Shown: piece by piece, positions 16,882 through 26,650 of the stretch
How the letters are laid out: every line of letters begins with the position of its first letter
Position numbering within the stretch: the stretch's first letter is position 1
Assembly: GCA_027593235.1 (NCBI GenBank)
Contig: JAQCIU010000027.1
Span: 1 to 44,214 of the forward strand
Direction: 5' to 3'
From: Chloroflexota bacterium
GTDB taxonomy: Bacteria; Chloroflexota; Dehalococcoidia; UBA2979
Length of the DNA stretch: 44,214 nt
Position numbers and translations under genes: made by a program
Notes under the pieces: generated by a model
Seen by the model: the letters and a program-made list of their open reading frames with translations, nothing else
What the model was told of the DNA's origin: nothing
Database searches by the model: none

Positions 16882-17664
16882 CTACACAGCGTCGAGGCGT
16901 TCGACGAAACGGCGGATCATCGCGACGAGTTGATCGGGAACCTCGAGCTGGACGAAGTGCCCGCAGAGGGCGGCCTGGGCAAAGGCAGCGTGTGGCAGCA
17001 CCCGGTGCACCGCCTCGGCGGGACGGCGGCCGTGGCCGCCGTCGACGTACAGCACAGGCTGGCGGACGCCGGCCGCGATCGTCGGGATGTTGGCGGTGAG
17101 GGTGGCGCGCCACGAGGCGAGCGCGGCGTGTGGCGGGGTCTTCACCGCGTCGGCGACGACCCGCTCAGCCAGCACCGCGTCGCGCGGATCCGGGAAGAAC
17201 GCCGAATACAACTCGGTCATCGCCTCCTCGTGCGGGCGCTCGGCGAGCGACTTCCAGAGCGCGCTGCCCTCGAGGTCGCGGGCGGTGCTGAACTGGTCCA
17301 CCGCTCCATCGACCATGACGACGCCGCGTACCAGCCGGGGATGGCGGCGGGCCAGTTCGAGGGCGACGGTACTCCCCATCGAGTGACCGACGATCACCGC
17401 CGAGCGAATACGACGGGAACGGGCGAGGGCAGCGGTGTCGTCCGCGAATTGCCACATCGAATAGCCGTCTTCGGGCGCCTCGGAGCGACCATGACCACGC
17501 AGATCCAGCCGCAGCACGCGGTGCTGTTTCGCCAGCGGCGCGACGATCGGCTGCCAGTGGTCGAGGCGCGACCCCCAGCCGTGGATCAGGATCAGCGCGG
17601 GTCCCGTCGCTCCCGCCTCGCGGTAGTTGAGCTGCACGCGATCGGGCGTTCGATAACTCGGCAT
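16882..17664 (-). CDS. Alpha/beta hydrolase
   Basis: LIHGWG, DLRGHGRS, GHSMG nucleophile elbow, CGHF..LE.P. Confidence 0.92.
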   Translation of the reverse strand: MPSYRTPDRVQLNYREAGATGPALILIHGWGSRLDHWQPIVAPLAKQHRVLRLDLRGHGRSEAPEDGYSMWQFADDTAALARSRRIRSAVIVGHSMGSTVALELARRHPRLVRGVVMVDGAVDQFSTARDLEGSALWKSLAERPHEEAMTELYSAFFPDPRDAVLAERVVADAVKTPPHAALASWRATLTANIPTIAAGVRQPVLYVDGGHGRRPAEAVHRVLPHAAFAQAALCGHFVQLEVPDQLVAMIRRFVERLDAV

Positions 17665-17724
17665 GGTGGGTCCCTCCGGTGCGAAGATATCGATCAACGA
17701 TCGGGTTCGCGCGACGGAGGTCTC

Positions 17725-18816
17725 ATGCCATCACAACGGTTCGCCCGTGTCCGACTGCTGAGCCTCGCGCTCGTGCTCGGCCTCGCGATGACCTTCGGCG
17801 CGACGCGGCCCGCGAGCGCGCAGCAGCCGATAGTCGTCGGCAACGTACCGAGCGAGGGAGTCGCCATCCTCGTTACCGGCGCGCCGACGACCGTGACCGC
17901 GCTGGAGCAGGCGCGCGGCGACCTTGGCTGCGCGCCGGTTGGCATCGCGATCACCGAAGCTGGCGCCTGGCTGATCTACATCCCGACCGCACCGACGTTC
18001 GTGAATGCGGCATTTCCGGCGGCGCTCCCCAGCGGGCAGGGGTTCGTCGTCCGCTGCACGCCGTCGCTCGCCGCGCAGCGGTTCGACCTGCTCACGGCCA
18101 GCGGAGCGGGCACCGCCGCGCTGATCGCGACGTTGACCGACGCACGCGCCGGCGGACACAGCGGCTTCGATCGCTTTGTCATCGAGTTCGCGGACGAAGC
18201 GATCCCGGGCTACCAGATCGAGTACGTCACAACGCCGCAGTTCACCTGTGGAGCGGGATTCCCGGTCACGACAACGGGAAACGCGGTGCTCCGGGTCAAG
18301 CTCGCAACCGCGCGAATCAACGATGACCAGGGACAGCTCTCGATTCCGAGCCGCACGCTCACGCCGAACTTGCCGGAGCTGCTGCAGGCGGAGGAGATCT
18401 GCGGGTTCGAGGGCGACGTGACCTGGCTGCTCAGCCTCCAGGCGAAGCGGCCGTTCCAACTCCAGCTTCTTTCCGCCCCGGCGCGTCTGGTGATCGACGT
18501 CCCACACGCCCCGGTCGCGACGGTCAGCGGCGTCAGCGGCATCGCGCTGGCCGGTCCGCAGTGCCCGGTCGTGATCCTCGGGCAGCCGTGTCCCGACCAG
18601 CCGATCGACGCGACGCTCGCCTTCAGTCAGGGGGCGACGACCGTCGGGACGGTGCAGACCGGCAGCGATGGCACGTTCGCCCTCGATCTCCCGCCCGGCA
18701 CCTACACGGTCAACACGGTCGGTGGGTTCCTACCTTCGCTCGCGGCGACACAGGTGACATTGCCGGCGGGCTCGCACGGGTGGCTGGAACTGCACCTCGA
18801 TACCGGCATCCGTTGA
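17725..18816 (+). CDS. Secreted multidomain protein (AMIN-like middle domain, carboxypeptidase-regulatory-like C-terminal domain)
   Basis: GGAGG RBS; signal peptide ending ASA; H.GFDRFVIEF...CGFEG...PARLVIDV; GPQCPV...C and TGSDGTF..LPPGTY. Confidence 0.75.
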   Translation: MPSQRFARVRLLSLALVLGLAMTFGATRPASAQQPIVVGNVPSEGVAILVTGAPTTVTALEQARGDLGCAPVGIAITEAGAWLIYIPTAPTFVNAAFPAALPSGQGFVVRCTPSLAAQRFDLLTASGAGTAALIATLTDARAGGHSGFDRFVIEFADEAIPGYQIEYVTTPQFTCGAGFPVTTTGNAVLRVKLATARINDDQGQLSIPSRTLTPNLPELLQAEEICGFEGDVTWLLSLQAKRPFQLQLLSAPARLVIDVPHAPVATVSGVSGIALAGPQCPVVILGQPCPDQPIDATLAFSQGATTVGTVQTGSDGTFALDLPPGTYTVNTVGGFLPSLAATQVTLPAGSHGWLELHLDTGIR

Positions 18817-19427
18817 GCGCGCGCCCCGCAAGCGCCGACGACGGCGCCGCGATTCGGACGCCCCGGCTCAGCCTGGTGCTCCTCGAGCTGCCGGTCCTCG
18901 AGGCGGTCGAAGGCCCAACCAGCGAGGAGCGGAGCCTCGACTGGCCGGCGGACTGGCCCGCCGGCTGGCCGGAGGGCGAGGACCGCGCGAACCTTGCGTG
19001 GTTTCGGAAGCGCCTCGAGCGATTCGGGCGCACGCCGTGGGGACCGCGGGCGATCATCGACGCGAGCGGCGCGATGGTCGGGCACACGGGCTTCCACGCG
19101 CCGCCGTCCTCGATCCTCGATCTCCTGCACGACGATGCAACGTTCGAGGGCGATCCGGGCGCGCCCGGGAGCGCGGTCGAGATTGGCTACAGCGTCTTCG
19201 CGAGCGCCCAGCGACAGGGCTACGCCGTGGAAGCGGCGTCGGCCCTCGTCAGTTGGGCGTTCGCGTCGGGCGCCGTCGATGCCGTGATCGCCTCGGTGGC
19301 GGTGACAAACGCGGCATCGCTGGGCGTGCTCGAACGCGTCGGCGGTTTCACGGCGATCGGTCGCTGCTTCGACGAAGAGGACGGCGGGGAACGAGTCTTC
19401 CGTCGCGACCGAGGTGGATCCGCCTAG
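18813..19427 (+). CDS. RimJ/RimL-type GNAT acetyltransferase
   Basis: IRTPRLSL, VEIGYSV...QRQGYA.EA, N.AS..VLER.GGF; TTGA overlap with the upstream stop. Confidence 0.8.
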   Translation: MSARPASADDGAAIRTPRLSLVLLELPVLEAVEGPTSEERSLDWPADWPAGWPEGEDRANLAWFRKRLERFGRTPWGPRAIIDASGAMVGHTGFHAPPSSILDLLHDDATFEGDPGAPGSAVEIGYSVFASAQRQGYAVEAASALVSWAFASGAVDAVIASVAVTNAASLGVLERVGGFTAIGRCFDEEDGGERVFRRDRGGSA

Positions 19428-20302
19428 TCGGCGCGATTGCGCTCGCCGGAGAGCCAGCGGCCACCGAAGAGCAGCAGCCCGAGCGCGAGCGCGGCCGCGA
19501 CGAGCTGCACGTCGGGAGCCGCCTGCTGGGCGAGCAAGCCGGCGCTGCCGCCCTCGGCGGGGACAATCCCGGTATCGGCCGGTTGCGGTCCCGCGGCGGT
19601 GCCCCCGGTTCCCCCAGAGCCAGTTCCCGGCCGCGGCAGCGCGTTGCCGGGGGTCGACTGGACGAAGGAGTCATCGGAGATCGCGCCGAAGGTGCTCAGG
19701 CCACTCTCGAGGCCCACGAGCGAGATCGACACATCGGCCTCCGCGGCGCTGGCCGCCGGCTCGCAGCATGCAATCGTCACACCGATCTGGGCGAATGCCG
19801 CGACGAGCCCGTCGCCAAGTGCGTCGCGGACGGCCTGGCGGTCGGCGAGCGAATCACCGCTCTGCGGCGTCCAGATGCGGCAGCGGCGAGCCTGCTCAAT
19901 CTGTGCCGCGCCGTCAGGCGTGGCGAAGACGCCGGCAGCAGCGAGCAGCAAAGGCGCATCGCCCGTCGGAACGGCGTCGATGACCGAACGCACCTCGGGA
20001 TCCCCGTAGTACAGCGGCGTGTTGGAGAGACCGGCGGCGCTCATCACCTGCGCTTCGTCCAACAGGAGGACGAACGCAGTGACGACGCGCGAGTCGACGA
20101 AGACGCCACGAGGGGCGAATTGCCAGACGAGATCGCCCTCGACCACTGGCACCTGCTGGCTGGGGGCACCAACGATCGAGGCGGTGGTCGGACCGCCATC
20201 GTGCTCGCCCGCCGCCCCGGCGGAGCGAGGCAGCAGCGACACCAGGACAAGCACGGCGATACCCACGAGGAACGCGCTACGCGGGACGCGGAGTGTGCCC
20301 AT
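19424..20302 (-). CDS. Secreted protein with C-terminal PADTG sorting-signal-like tail
   Basis: Signal peptide (AGA); Gly/Thr linker, QPADTG, hydrophobic helix, Arg-containing tail. Confidence 0.72.
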   Translation of the reverse strand: MGTLRVPRSAFLVGIAVLVLVSLLPRSAGAAGEHDGGPTTASIVGAPSQQVPVVEGDLVWQFAPRGVFVDSRVVTAFVLLLDEAQVMSAAGLSNTPLYYGDPEVRSVIDAVPTGDAPLLLAAAGVFATPDGAAQIEQARRCRIWTPQSGDSLADRQAVRDALGDGLVAAFAQIGVTIACCEPAASAAEADVSISLVGLESGLSTFGAISDDSFVQSTPGNALPRPGTGSGGTGGTAAGPQPADTGIVPAEGGSAGLLAQQAAPDVQLVAAALALGLLLFGGRWLSGERNRAD

Positions 20303-20408
20303 AGATATCTGAACGTCCGGCGAGCCACGGAAGTTCCCAGAACCTTCGAAACTTAATTCCGAACGCGCGCAAGCCCCTCTGGGGCCCCACCGGTTCGGGG
20401 GAGTCCGC

Positions 20409-21599
20409 CTATCCCAGCGCCGCCCGCAGCTCGGTGGCCAGGTCCCCGCGCCGCCCCACCGCGACCGCCTCGAGACCCAGCCAATCCGCCATCGTCCGCA
20501 GCTCGCCCGCCAGTTCCGAGGCGACGCGCTTCACGTCCGCGCCGTCCTCGAGGTGCGCCGCCTGGGCGCGCAGCACCGAGGCCTGGCGATCCGCCTTGAG
20601 ATCGACGCGGGCGACGAGCTGACCGTCGAGCATGAACGGCATCACGTAGTAGCCGTACTGCCGCTTCGGCTCTGGGACGTAGATCTCGATCGTGTAGTCG
20701 AAGTTGAAGAGGCGGCTGGCGCGTTCGCGGAGCCAGACCACCGGGTCGAACGGGGTCAGCAGCGCGCGTCCCTCGATGCGGCGCGGCACCGTGGCGTCGG
20801 GGTGGAGGAACGCGGGCTGCTTCCAGCCCTCGATGGTGACGCGTTCAAGCTGCCCGGCGTCGGCCAGCTCCTCGAGGCGGGGGCGCGCTCGCGGCACGTT
20901 GAGGCGGTAGTAGTCCGCGAGGTCCTTCGCGGTCCCAACGCCATGCGCCTCGGCGGAGAGCATCAGCAGTTGGCGGTGTGCTTCCTCGGTGGAGGGCTCC
21001 GGCTGCGCGAGGACGTGGTCCGGGATCACGCGGTCAGTCAGGTCGTAGACGCGGGTGAAGCCGCGGCGCTCACGGGTGGTGACGTTGCCGGTGCGGAAGT
21101 GCCACTCCAGCGCGACCTTGCCGGGGCCGTAGCCCCACCACGGGCCGGTGCGTTCGCCGGGTTGCTCGAGATCCGCGACGGTCAGCGGTCCGCGGTTACG
21201 CACTTCCTCGAGGACCGTGTCGGCGTACCCGGGCTGATCGCGGAACAGGGCCTGGGGGCGGTGGCGCGGCTTCGCCTCGGCCATGCGGTGGCGGAAGAGG
21301 TGGTGGTGCTCCACCGGGAGCAGCGACGCCTCGTGGCCCCAGTACTCAAACAGCTCGCGCCGCTTGAACGCCAAGTCGTAGAGCAGCTCCTGCGGGTAGG
21401 GACCGAGCCTCGAGAAGAACGGCATGTAGTGAGAGCGGACGACGACGTTGACCGAATCGAGCTGCAACAGCTTGATCCGCTGCAGCACGCGCCGGAGATG
21501 GCGCACGTCGACGCGCCCCGTCGGCCGCCGGTCCGCGAAGCCCTGCGCCGCCAGCGCGACGCGGCGGGCTTCGTCGTTGGACAGGTCAGTCCGAGGCAT
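20409..21599 (-). CDS. YcaQ/AlkZ (HTH_42) family DNA crosslink-repair glycosylase
   Basis: LQLDSVNVVVRSHY, FEYWGHEAS, LLTPFDP, IEIYVP..KR.YGYY. Confidence 0.92.
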   Translation of the reverse strand: MPRTDLSNDEARRVALAAQGFADRRPTGRVDVRHLRRVLQRIKLLQLDSVNVVVRSHYMPFFSRLGPYPQELLYDLAFKRRELFEYWGHEASLLPVEHHHLFRHRMAEAKPRHRPQALFRDQPGYADTVLEEVRNRGPLTVADLEQPGERTGPWWGYGPGKVALEWHFRTGNVTTRERRGFTRVYDLTDRVIPDHVLAQPEPSTEEAHRQLLMLSAEAHGVGTAKDLADYYRLNVPRARPRLEELADAGQLERVTIEGWKQPAFLHPDATVPRRIEGRALLTPFDPVVWLRERASRLFNFDYTIEIYVPEPKRQYGYYVMPFMLDGQLVARVDLKADRQASVLRAQAAHLEDGADVKRVASELAGELRTMADWLGLEAVAVGRRGDLATELRAALG

Positions 21600-21613
21600 G
21601 CGTTCTTCGGCGG

Positions 21614-22522
21614 CTAGCGGAACGCCGAAGCGACCTCGCTCTGGAACTGGTCTGCCGAGGCCTTGGCACGGTCGGCGTTCTGGTCACCTCGGAGCTGGAA
21701 GATCGGGACGACCAGTTCGTCGACGCCGGCGTCGATGTACTCCTGCACGATCGCCTGCAGTTCCGAGGCCGACCCAGCCTGGAGGCGCGGGTTCTGCTGC
21801 TTCGCGGTCTCGGCAGCGGATGCGTCGTCGGTGACGAGGAACATCGCGTTCGCGGACTTCCGGATCTCCGAAGGGTCGCGTCCGAGGTCGGCGCAGTGCC
21901 GTTCGAGGACGCCGATCTTGTGGCGCAGGGTGTCGGGGCCGCCCCAGACGTTCCATTCGTCGGCGTACTGGGCGGCGATCCGCATCGTCACCTTCTCGCC
22001 ACCGCCGCCGATCAGGAGCGGCAATCGAGGTCGCTGGGCTGGCTTCGGGTTCAGCGGGGCGTTGGCGAGCTGGTAGAATTTCCCGTCGAAGGTCGTGCGC
22101 TCTTCGTCGAACAGTCCGCGCAGCACCTGCACCGACTCCTCGAGGCGACGCAGCCGGCCACCGACCGTGTAGAAGGGGATGCCGTAGGCCTCGTGCTCGT
22201 TCTGCTGCCAGGCGGAACCGATGCCGAGGACCAGCCGGCCGCCGCTGATGATGTCGACCTGCGCGGCCATCTTGGCGAGAATTGCGGGGTGCCGGTAAGT
22301 GTTGCCGGTGACCATGGTGCCGAGGCGGATGCGCGGCACCGAGGCAGCCAGCGCGGCCAGTGAGGTCCACGCCTCACCGGTTGGTCCACTGTTGTCTTCC
22401 TGGTTCGGCATGAAGTGGTCGGCGATCCAGAGACCGTCCCAACCGCTCTGTTCCACGTGCTGCGCGAAGTCACGCAGGGGCTCCCACGCTCCTGGCTGGT
22501 TCGGCCATGCGCTGAATTCCAC
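21614..22522 (-). CDS. LLM-class (probably F420-dependent) oxidoreductase
   Basis: WIADHF, RLGTMVTGNTYRHPAILAKMAA.VD.ISGGR, LLIGGGGEK, ADEWN. Confidence 0.92.
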   Translation of the reverse strand: MEFSAWPNQPGAWEPLRDFAQHVEQSGWDGLWIADHFMPNQEDNSGPTGEAWTSLAALAASVPRIRLGTMVTGNTYRHPAILAKMAAQVDIISGGRLVLGIGSAWQQNEHEAYGIPFYTVGGRLRRLEESVQVLRGLFDEERTTFDGKFYQLANAPLNPKPAQRPRLPLLIGGGGEKVTMRIAAQYADEWNVWGGPDTLRHKIGVLERHCADLGRDPSEIRKSANAMFLVTDDASAAETAKQQNPRLQAGSASELQAIVQEYIDAGVDELVVPIFQLRGDQNADRAKASADQFQSEVASAFR

Positions 22523-22551
22523 GGTCTGTCCTTCCTTCGCGTCGCGGCGGA

Positions 22552-23337
22552 TCAGGCGCCGACCGGCGCAGTTGAGTACTTCTCGATGAAGCCGAGCACG
22601 CGGGTCCACGCGTCGTCCGACTCGGTGGCGTACTCCTCGAAGCCGCGATCGAAGAAGGAGTGTGGAGCGCCGGCGTAGCTGTCGAGCTCGTGCGGCTTGC
22701 CGGCGGCCTGGAGCGCGGCCTCGAACTTGTCGACTTCCTCGCGCGGGATGCCCTGGTCCGCGCCGCCCATCAGCCCAAGGATTGGGCACTCGAACTGCGG
22801 CACGAGGTCAATGATCGCAGCGCTGCCCGGCGGCATGTTCTCACGGGTGGGATGCCCGTAAAACCCGATCGCGCCGGAGAGGCCATGCCCGTTCGCTGCC
22901 TGCGCCCACGAACCGCTGCCGCCGTAGCAGAAGCCGATCGTGAACACCTTGCGAGCGCCGTTGCCGGGTGCTGAACGGAGGTAGGCCACGCAGGCGGCAA
23001 CGTCGCTCTTCACACCGTCGAAGGTGGTCTGCGGGATGTGTTCCCGAAACGGGAAGTCGGCGTCGCGCTTGCCGACGCCGGCGGTGCGACCGAAGTAGTC
23101 CATCGCGACGGCGTCGTAACCGCGCTCCGCGAAGCGCATCGCCAGCTCCTCGTAGAACGGGAACAGGCCGCGGACGTCCGGCATGACGACGACGGCGGGG
23201 CCACGCGACGCCTCGGCGCGCGCAACGAAGGCGGCGAACTCCGTGCCGTCTGCGGCGGTCAGGGTCACGTCCTCGGTGTCGATGGCGGCGCCGGCGATCG
23301 GCGTGATTGGCGGCACTGCGTCATACGGAAAGCACAT
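22552..23337 (-). CDS. Dienelactone hydrolase family protein
   Basis: GFCYGG nucleophile, G.ADQ, Y.GAPHSF. Confidence 0.92.
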   Translation of the reverse strand: MCFPYDAVPPITPIAGAAIDTEDVTLTAADGTEFAAFVARAEASRGPAVVVMPDVRGLFPFYEELAMRFAERGYDAVAMDYFGRTAGVGKRDADFPFREHIPQTTFDGVKSDVAACVAYLRSAPGNGARKVFTIGFCYGGSGSWAQAANGHGLSGAIGFYGHPTRENMPPGSAAIIDLVPQFECPILGLMGGADQGIPREEVDKFEAALQAAGKPHELDSYAGAPHSFFDRGFEEYATESDDAWTRVLGFIEKYSTAPVGA

Positions 23338-23440
23338 CTGCAAACCCCCGCGCTGCTTCACTGGAAGCGGCCGTCCCGACCGCCGGGCCACGATACTACG
23401 CTGGCGAGGCCTGTGAGCCGCCAGGAAGTCCGGAGCATCG

Positions 23441-24163
23441 ATGCCAAGCCTCACGGACCCCCGAACGAACATCGCCAGCCGAGCCGCCGCCGTGTTGATC
23501 GTCAGCGGGCTGGTCGGCTCACTCGCGGGCAGCCACGGACCGCCGCCAGACTGCCTCCGCTCCCCCCTCGGGTCACCGTCTCGCGAGGGATTCGGCGGCC
23601 CCGAGTTCGGCGAGCTGGCGCCGCCACCAGATGACGTCCGTGTCCTCGCGGAGCACATGATCGCGGTCGTGCGCGGCTCGTATGTGGAGATCCTCGAGAC
23701 CACCGCTCAAGGGGACGTCGACGACCGCGTCGACCTGACCGCGGAGCAGCGGCGGAACGGATTCCCCACGCGGGCATGGCCGGTCACGGTGATGCGGTTC
23801 CGTGTAACGCGGTACATCGTGGGGGACGGGCCGACCGAGTTGACCGTCGGGCAGTACGGGGACTTCGCGGCGAACCAATACTTCTCGATGCCGGCCCCTC
23901 ACTTCGGGCAGGAGATCACGTTAATCGTCGGTACCTGGAACCTTCATCCGAGCATCAATAATGCTGTCTACGGGTCGTATGGGCGGCTTGTCGATCAGGG
24001 CGGACGGGTCTGCTACGCGTTCGTCGACGACGAGGCGTTCCGACAGAATCCGTTCCTCGAAAGTGCGTCGGTGCCGTTTGCCGGTGACATGTCGCTCGAC
24101 GAGCTACACGAGGTGTTGCGCGAGGCCGGGCGCGAGCGCGGCCTCCACGTCCCTGGCGACTAG
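23441..24163 (+). CDS. Hypothetical, probably exported protein
   Basis: N-terminal hydrophobic stretch; GGAG RBS; fills the gap between opposite-strand genes. Confidence 0.6.
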   Translation: MPSLTDPRTNIASRAAAVLIVSGLVGSLAGSHGPPPDCLRSPLGSPSREGFGGPEFGELAPPPDDVRVLAEHMIAVVRGSYVEILETTAQGDVDDRVDLTAEQRRNGFPTRAWPVTVMRFRVTRYIVGDGPTELTVGQYGDFAANQYFSMPAPHFGQEITLIVGTWNLHPSINNAVYGSYGRLVDQGGRVCYAFVDDEAFRQNPFLESASVPFAGDMSLDELHEVLREAGRERGLHVPGD

Positions 24164-24175
24164 CCTCGGCGGTCG

Positions 24176-25438
24176 CTAGACGTCCTCGAGGGCGAGCAGG
24201 TCGTCGACGGTCTGGCGGCGGCGGATCAGGCGCGGCTCGCCGTCCTCGATCAGGACCTCGGGGGCGAGGCCGCGGGTGTTGTAGTTGCTGGCCATCGAGG
24301 AACCGTAGGCGCCGGTGTCGTGGAACACGAGGTAGTCGCCGACCTCGACGCTTGGGAGATCGCGCGGGACGACGAGGCCGCCCTCCTCCTGGGTGAAGAC
24401 GTCGCCGGATTCGCAGAGCGGCCCACCAACGACGGTACGCTCCGTCGGCCCGCCGTCGACGCTGCCGTCGCGGTGCACCACCGAGATCTCGTGGTAGCTG
24501 CCGTACATCACCGGGCGCATCAGGTCGTTGAAGCCGGCATCGACGAGGGCGAAGCGGCTCAGCGAGGTGCGTTTGACCGCGCGGACCTCGGCGATCAGCT
24601 GGCCGGCCTCAGCCGCGAGGTAGCGGCCCGGCTCGATCTCCAGCGAAACGTCGTGCTCGAGGCTGCGCGCGATGTCGCGGCGGGCGGCGTCCCAGACCTC
24701 GTAGTAGGCGTCCACATCGATGCCCGCATCGCCGGCACGGTAGGGGATCGGCAAGCCGCCGCCACAGGACACGGCGCGGACGTCGCGGCCCAGTGACTGC
24801 ACCTGCTCGACCATCGCGCCGGCCACGAGCTGGAGGTGCTCGAAGTCGGTGCCGGAGCCGATATGCATGTGCAGGCCAACGAGGTCGAGCTCGAACTCAT
24901 CGATCACGGCGAGGGCGTCCGGCAGATCCTCGTGCCAGATGCCGTGCTTGCTGGATTCGCCGCCGGTGTTGGTCTTGCGGCTGTGTCCGTGGCCGAAGCC
25001 CGGGTTGATCCGCAGCCAGACGCGATGCCCTCGATGGCGCTCGCCAAGCTGGCGGAGCATGTCGACGGAGCCGGCGTTGACCGGGATGTCGCGCTCGGTC
25101 ACCAGACGGAGCGTCGCCTCGTCGACGATGTCCGCGGTGAAGACGAGATCCGCGGGCTCGCCCTGGCCGGTGTAGCCGACGCGAAGCGCTCGTTCGACCT
25201 CGCCACCGGAGACCGCATCGACGGCGACGCCCAGCTCGCGCAGCAGGCGCAGCAGGTGGGTGTTGGAGCTGGCCTTCTGCGCGTAGCGGACGAGATCGAA
25301 GCGACCGAGGGTGGCAACGCGCTCGCGCATCAGCGCCGCGTCGTAGGTGTAGACGGGGGTACCGAAGCGTTCGCCGATCATGCGAACAAGCGGTCCATCG
25401 ACAGATTTCGACACGAGCGGTGCTCCGAGGTCAGGCAA
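24176..25438 (-). CDS. lysA: Diaminopimelate decarboxylase (start uncertain)
   Basis: YAQKASSN PLP lysine, RINPGFGHGH..KTNTGG, HMHIGSG, EPGRYL, GPLCESGD, GAYGSSMASNYN. Confidence 0.96.
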   Translation of the reverse strand: MPDLGAPLVSKSVDGPLVRMIGERFGTPVYTYDAALMRERVATLGRFDLVRYAQKASSNTHLLRLLRELGVAVDAVSGGEVERALRVGYTGQGEPADLVFTADIVDEATLRLVTERDIPVNAGSVDMLRQLGERHRGHRVWLRINPGFGHGHSRKTNTGGESSKHGIWHEDLPDALAVIDEFELDLVGLHMHIGSGTDFEHLQLVAGAMVEQVQSLGRDVRAVSCGGGLPIPYRAGDAGIDVDAYYEVWDAARRDIARSLEHDVSLEIEPGRYLAAEAGQLIAEVRAVKRTSLSRFALVDAGFNDLMRPVMYGSYHEISVVHRDGSVDGGPTERTVVGGPLCESGDVFTQEEGGLVVPRDLPSVEVGDYLVFHDTGAYGSSMASNYNTRGLAPEVLIEDGEPRLIRRRQTVDDLLALEDV

Positions 25439-25539
25439 CTCTGAAGAACGGTTGGGCGACGAGTATAGAAGCAGCCATGGCTACGCACGCCTCGGCGGCG
25501 GCGAAATGGAGGGTGCGGAGCGACGGCACGCGCGCAGGG

Positions 25540-26535
25540 CTAGGCGGTGAGCAGGCCCTCGTGCTGGAGCGCGGTTCGCGCGAAGAGTTGATGCAACTCC
25601 GCCCGACGCGATTCCGACTGGCCCTGCTGTCCCATCTCGATCAGCACCGGCACGAGCCCCGGAACGAACTGGCCGACGCCAAGCGAGGAGGTGCCCCCGG
25701 TCGGCCATGAGGGATCGGAGGTCGGCCGTTGCGTCGCTCCGCCGCTGAAGCGGTTGCGGTTGCGATCGCGCATCACGAGCTGCTCGCGGTCGCTGACCTG
25801 CTCGTTCACCTCGTTGACGATCGCTTCGATTCGCTCGGACTCGGCCACATCCGCGCCGTTGGTGATGGTCTGCCCGAGGAAGGCGGTCCCGTTCTGTGTC
25901 CGCTCGTTGAAGAAGCCCCACGACTCGTGGAGATCGAGCAGCAGGCTCACCTCGAACTCCCGCGCGAGTTGGATGATCGAGTAGGCCATCCATTGCATCG
26001 GGAATCCATTCGCCGTTTCCAGCGGGACGCCGGGATAGAAGCGGTTCAGGTCGCCCAGTTCGGGGAGCGTGCGCTCGATCACCCGCGTCGCGACGATGTT
26101 CGCCCGCGGTATCACCACCGTCAGGCCGCGATCGGGCATCCAGTCGGCGATTTCGCCAGCGGCCTGCCAGCCACCAGGTTCGTTGCCATGCACCCCACCG
26201 AGGATCATCGTCCGCGGCCCCGGCTCGCCGCTGCGGTTGATGTAGACCGGGGTCTCCCACGGCGTGCCGGGTAGCGCGAGCCGGTTGAGCTGCCGCCGAT
26301 CGCCGTCCGCGACGCTGAGCCGCGGCGCCGACGCCGGTGTTGGGCTGGGCACGATCGCCGGTATGGCGCGTGCGAGCGGGGCGGGCGCTGCGCTGCCCTC
26401 GGTGGCCAGCGGCCGGACGGCGGGTGGTTCGGGATCGGCGCCGCAGGCAGCCAGAAAACCGGCGGTGGCGACGGCACCGCCCATGCGGAGGAACTGACGC
26501 CGCGACGCCGTGGGGCGCAGGCGGGATCTGCTCAT
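25540..26535 (-). CDS. Tat-exported lipoprotein, M14/succinylglutamate desuccinylase-aspartoacylase family
   Basis: SRRQFL twin-arginine motif, LAAC lipobox; GVHGNE, DLNR, LDLHE zinc motifs. Confidence 0.85.
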   Translation of the reverse strand: MSRSRLRPTASRRQFLRMGGAVATAGFLAACGADPEPPAVRPLATEGSAAPAPLARAIPAIVPSPTPASAPRLSVADGDRRQLNRLALPGTPWETPVYINRSGEPGPRTMILGGVHGNEPGGWQAAGEIADWMPDRGLTVVIPRANIVATRVIERTLPELGDLNRFYPGVPLETANGFPMQWMAYSIIQLAREFEVSLLLDLHESWGFFNERTQNGTAFLGQTITNGADVAESERIEAIVNEVNEQVSDREQLVMRDRNRNRFSGGATQRPTSDPSWPTGGTSSLGVGQFVPGLVPVLIEMGQQGQSESRRAELHQLFARTALQHEGLLTA

Positions 26536-26650
26536 GCCAAACATCGTAACGAAGCAGACAGACGCGTGGTGTGGGCGGCGCGCCACGACGGCGCGTTCCG
26601 GACGACGACGTTGGAGACGCCTCGGGCGTCTCGGACGAGCGGGACCGACG

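Noticed and set aside
16714-17724. First 337 codons of the 700-aa ORF 16714-18816
   Set aside because: Antisense shadow of the GNAT and hydrolase genes; the real start is ATG 17725 with an RBS and signal peptide
26614-26632. Intrinsic terminator after phoU (GAGACGCC-tcg-GGCGTCTC)
   Set aside because: The hairpin is real but has no U-tract; function cannot be supported
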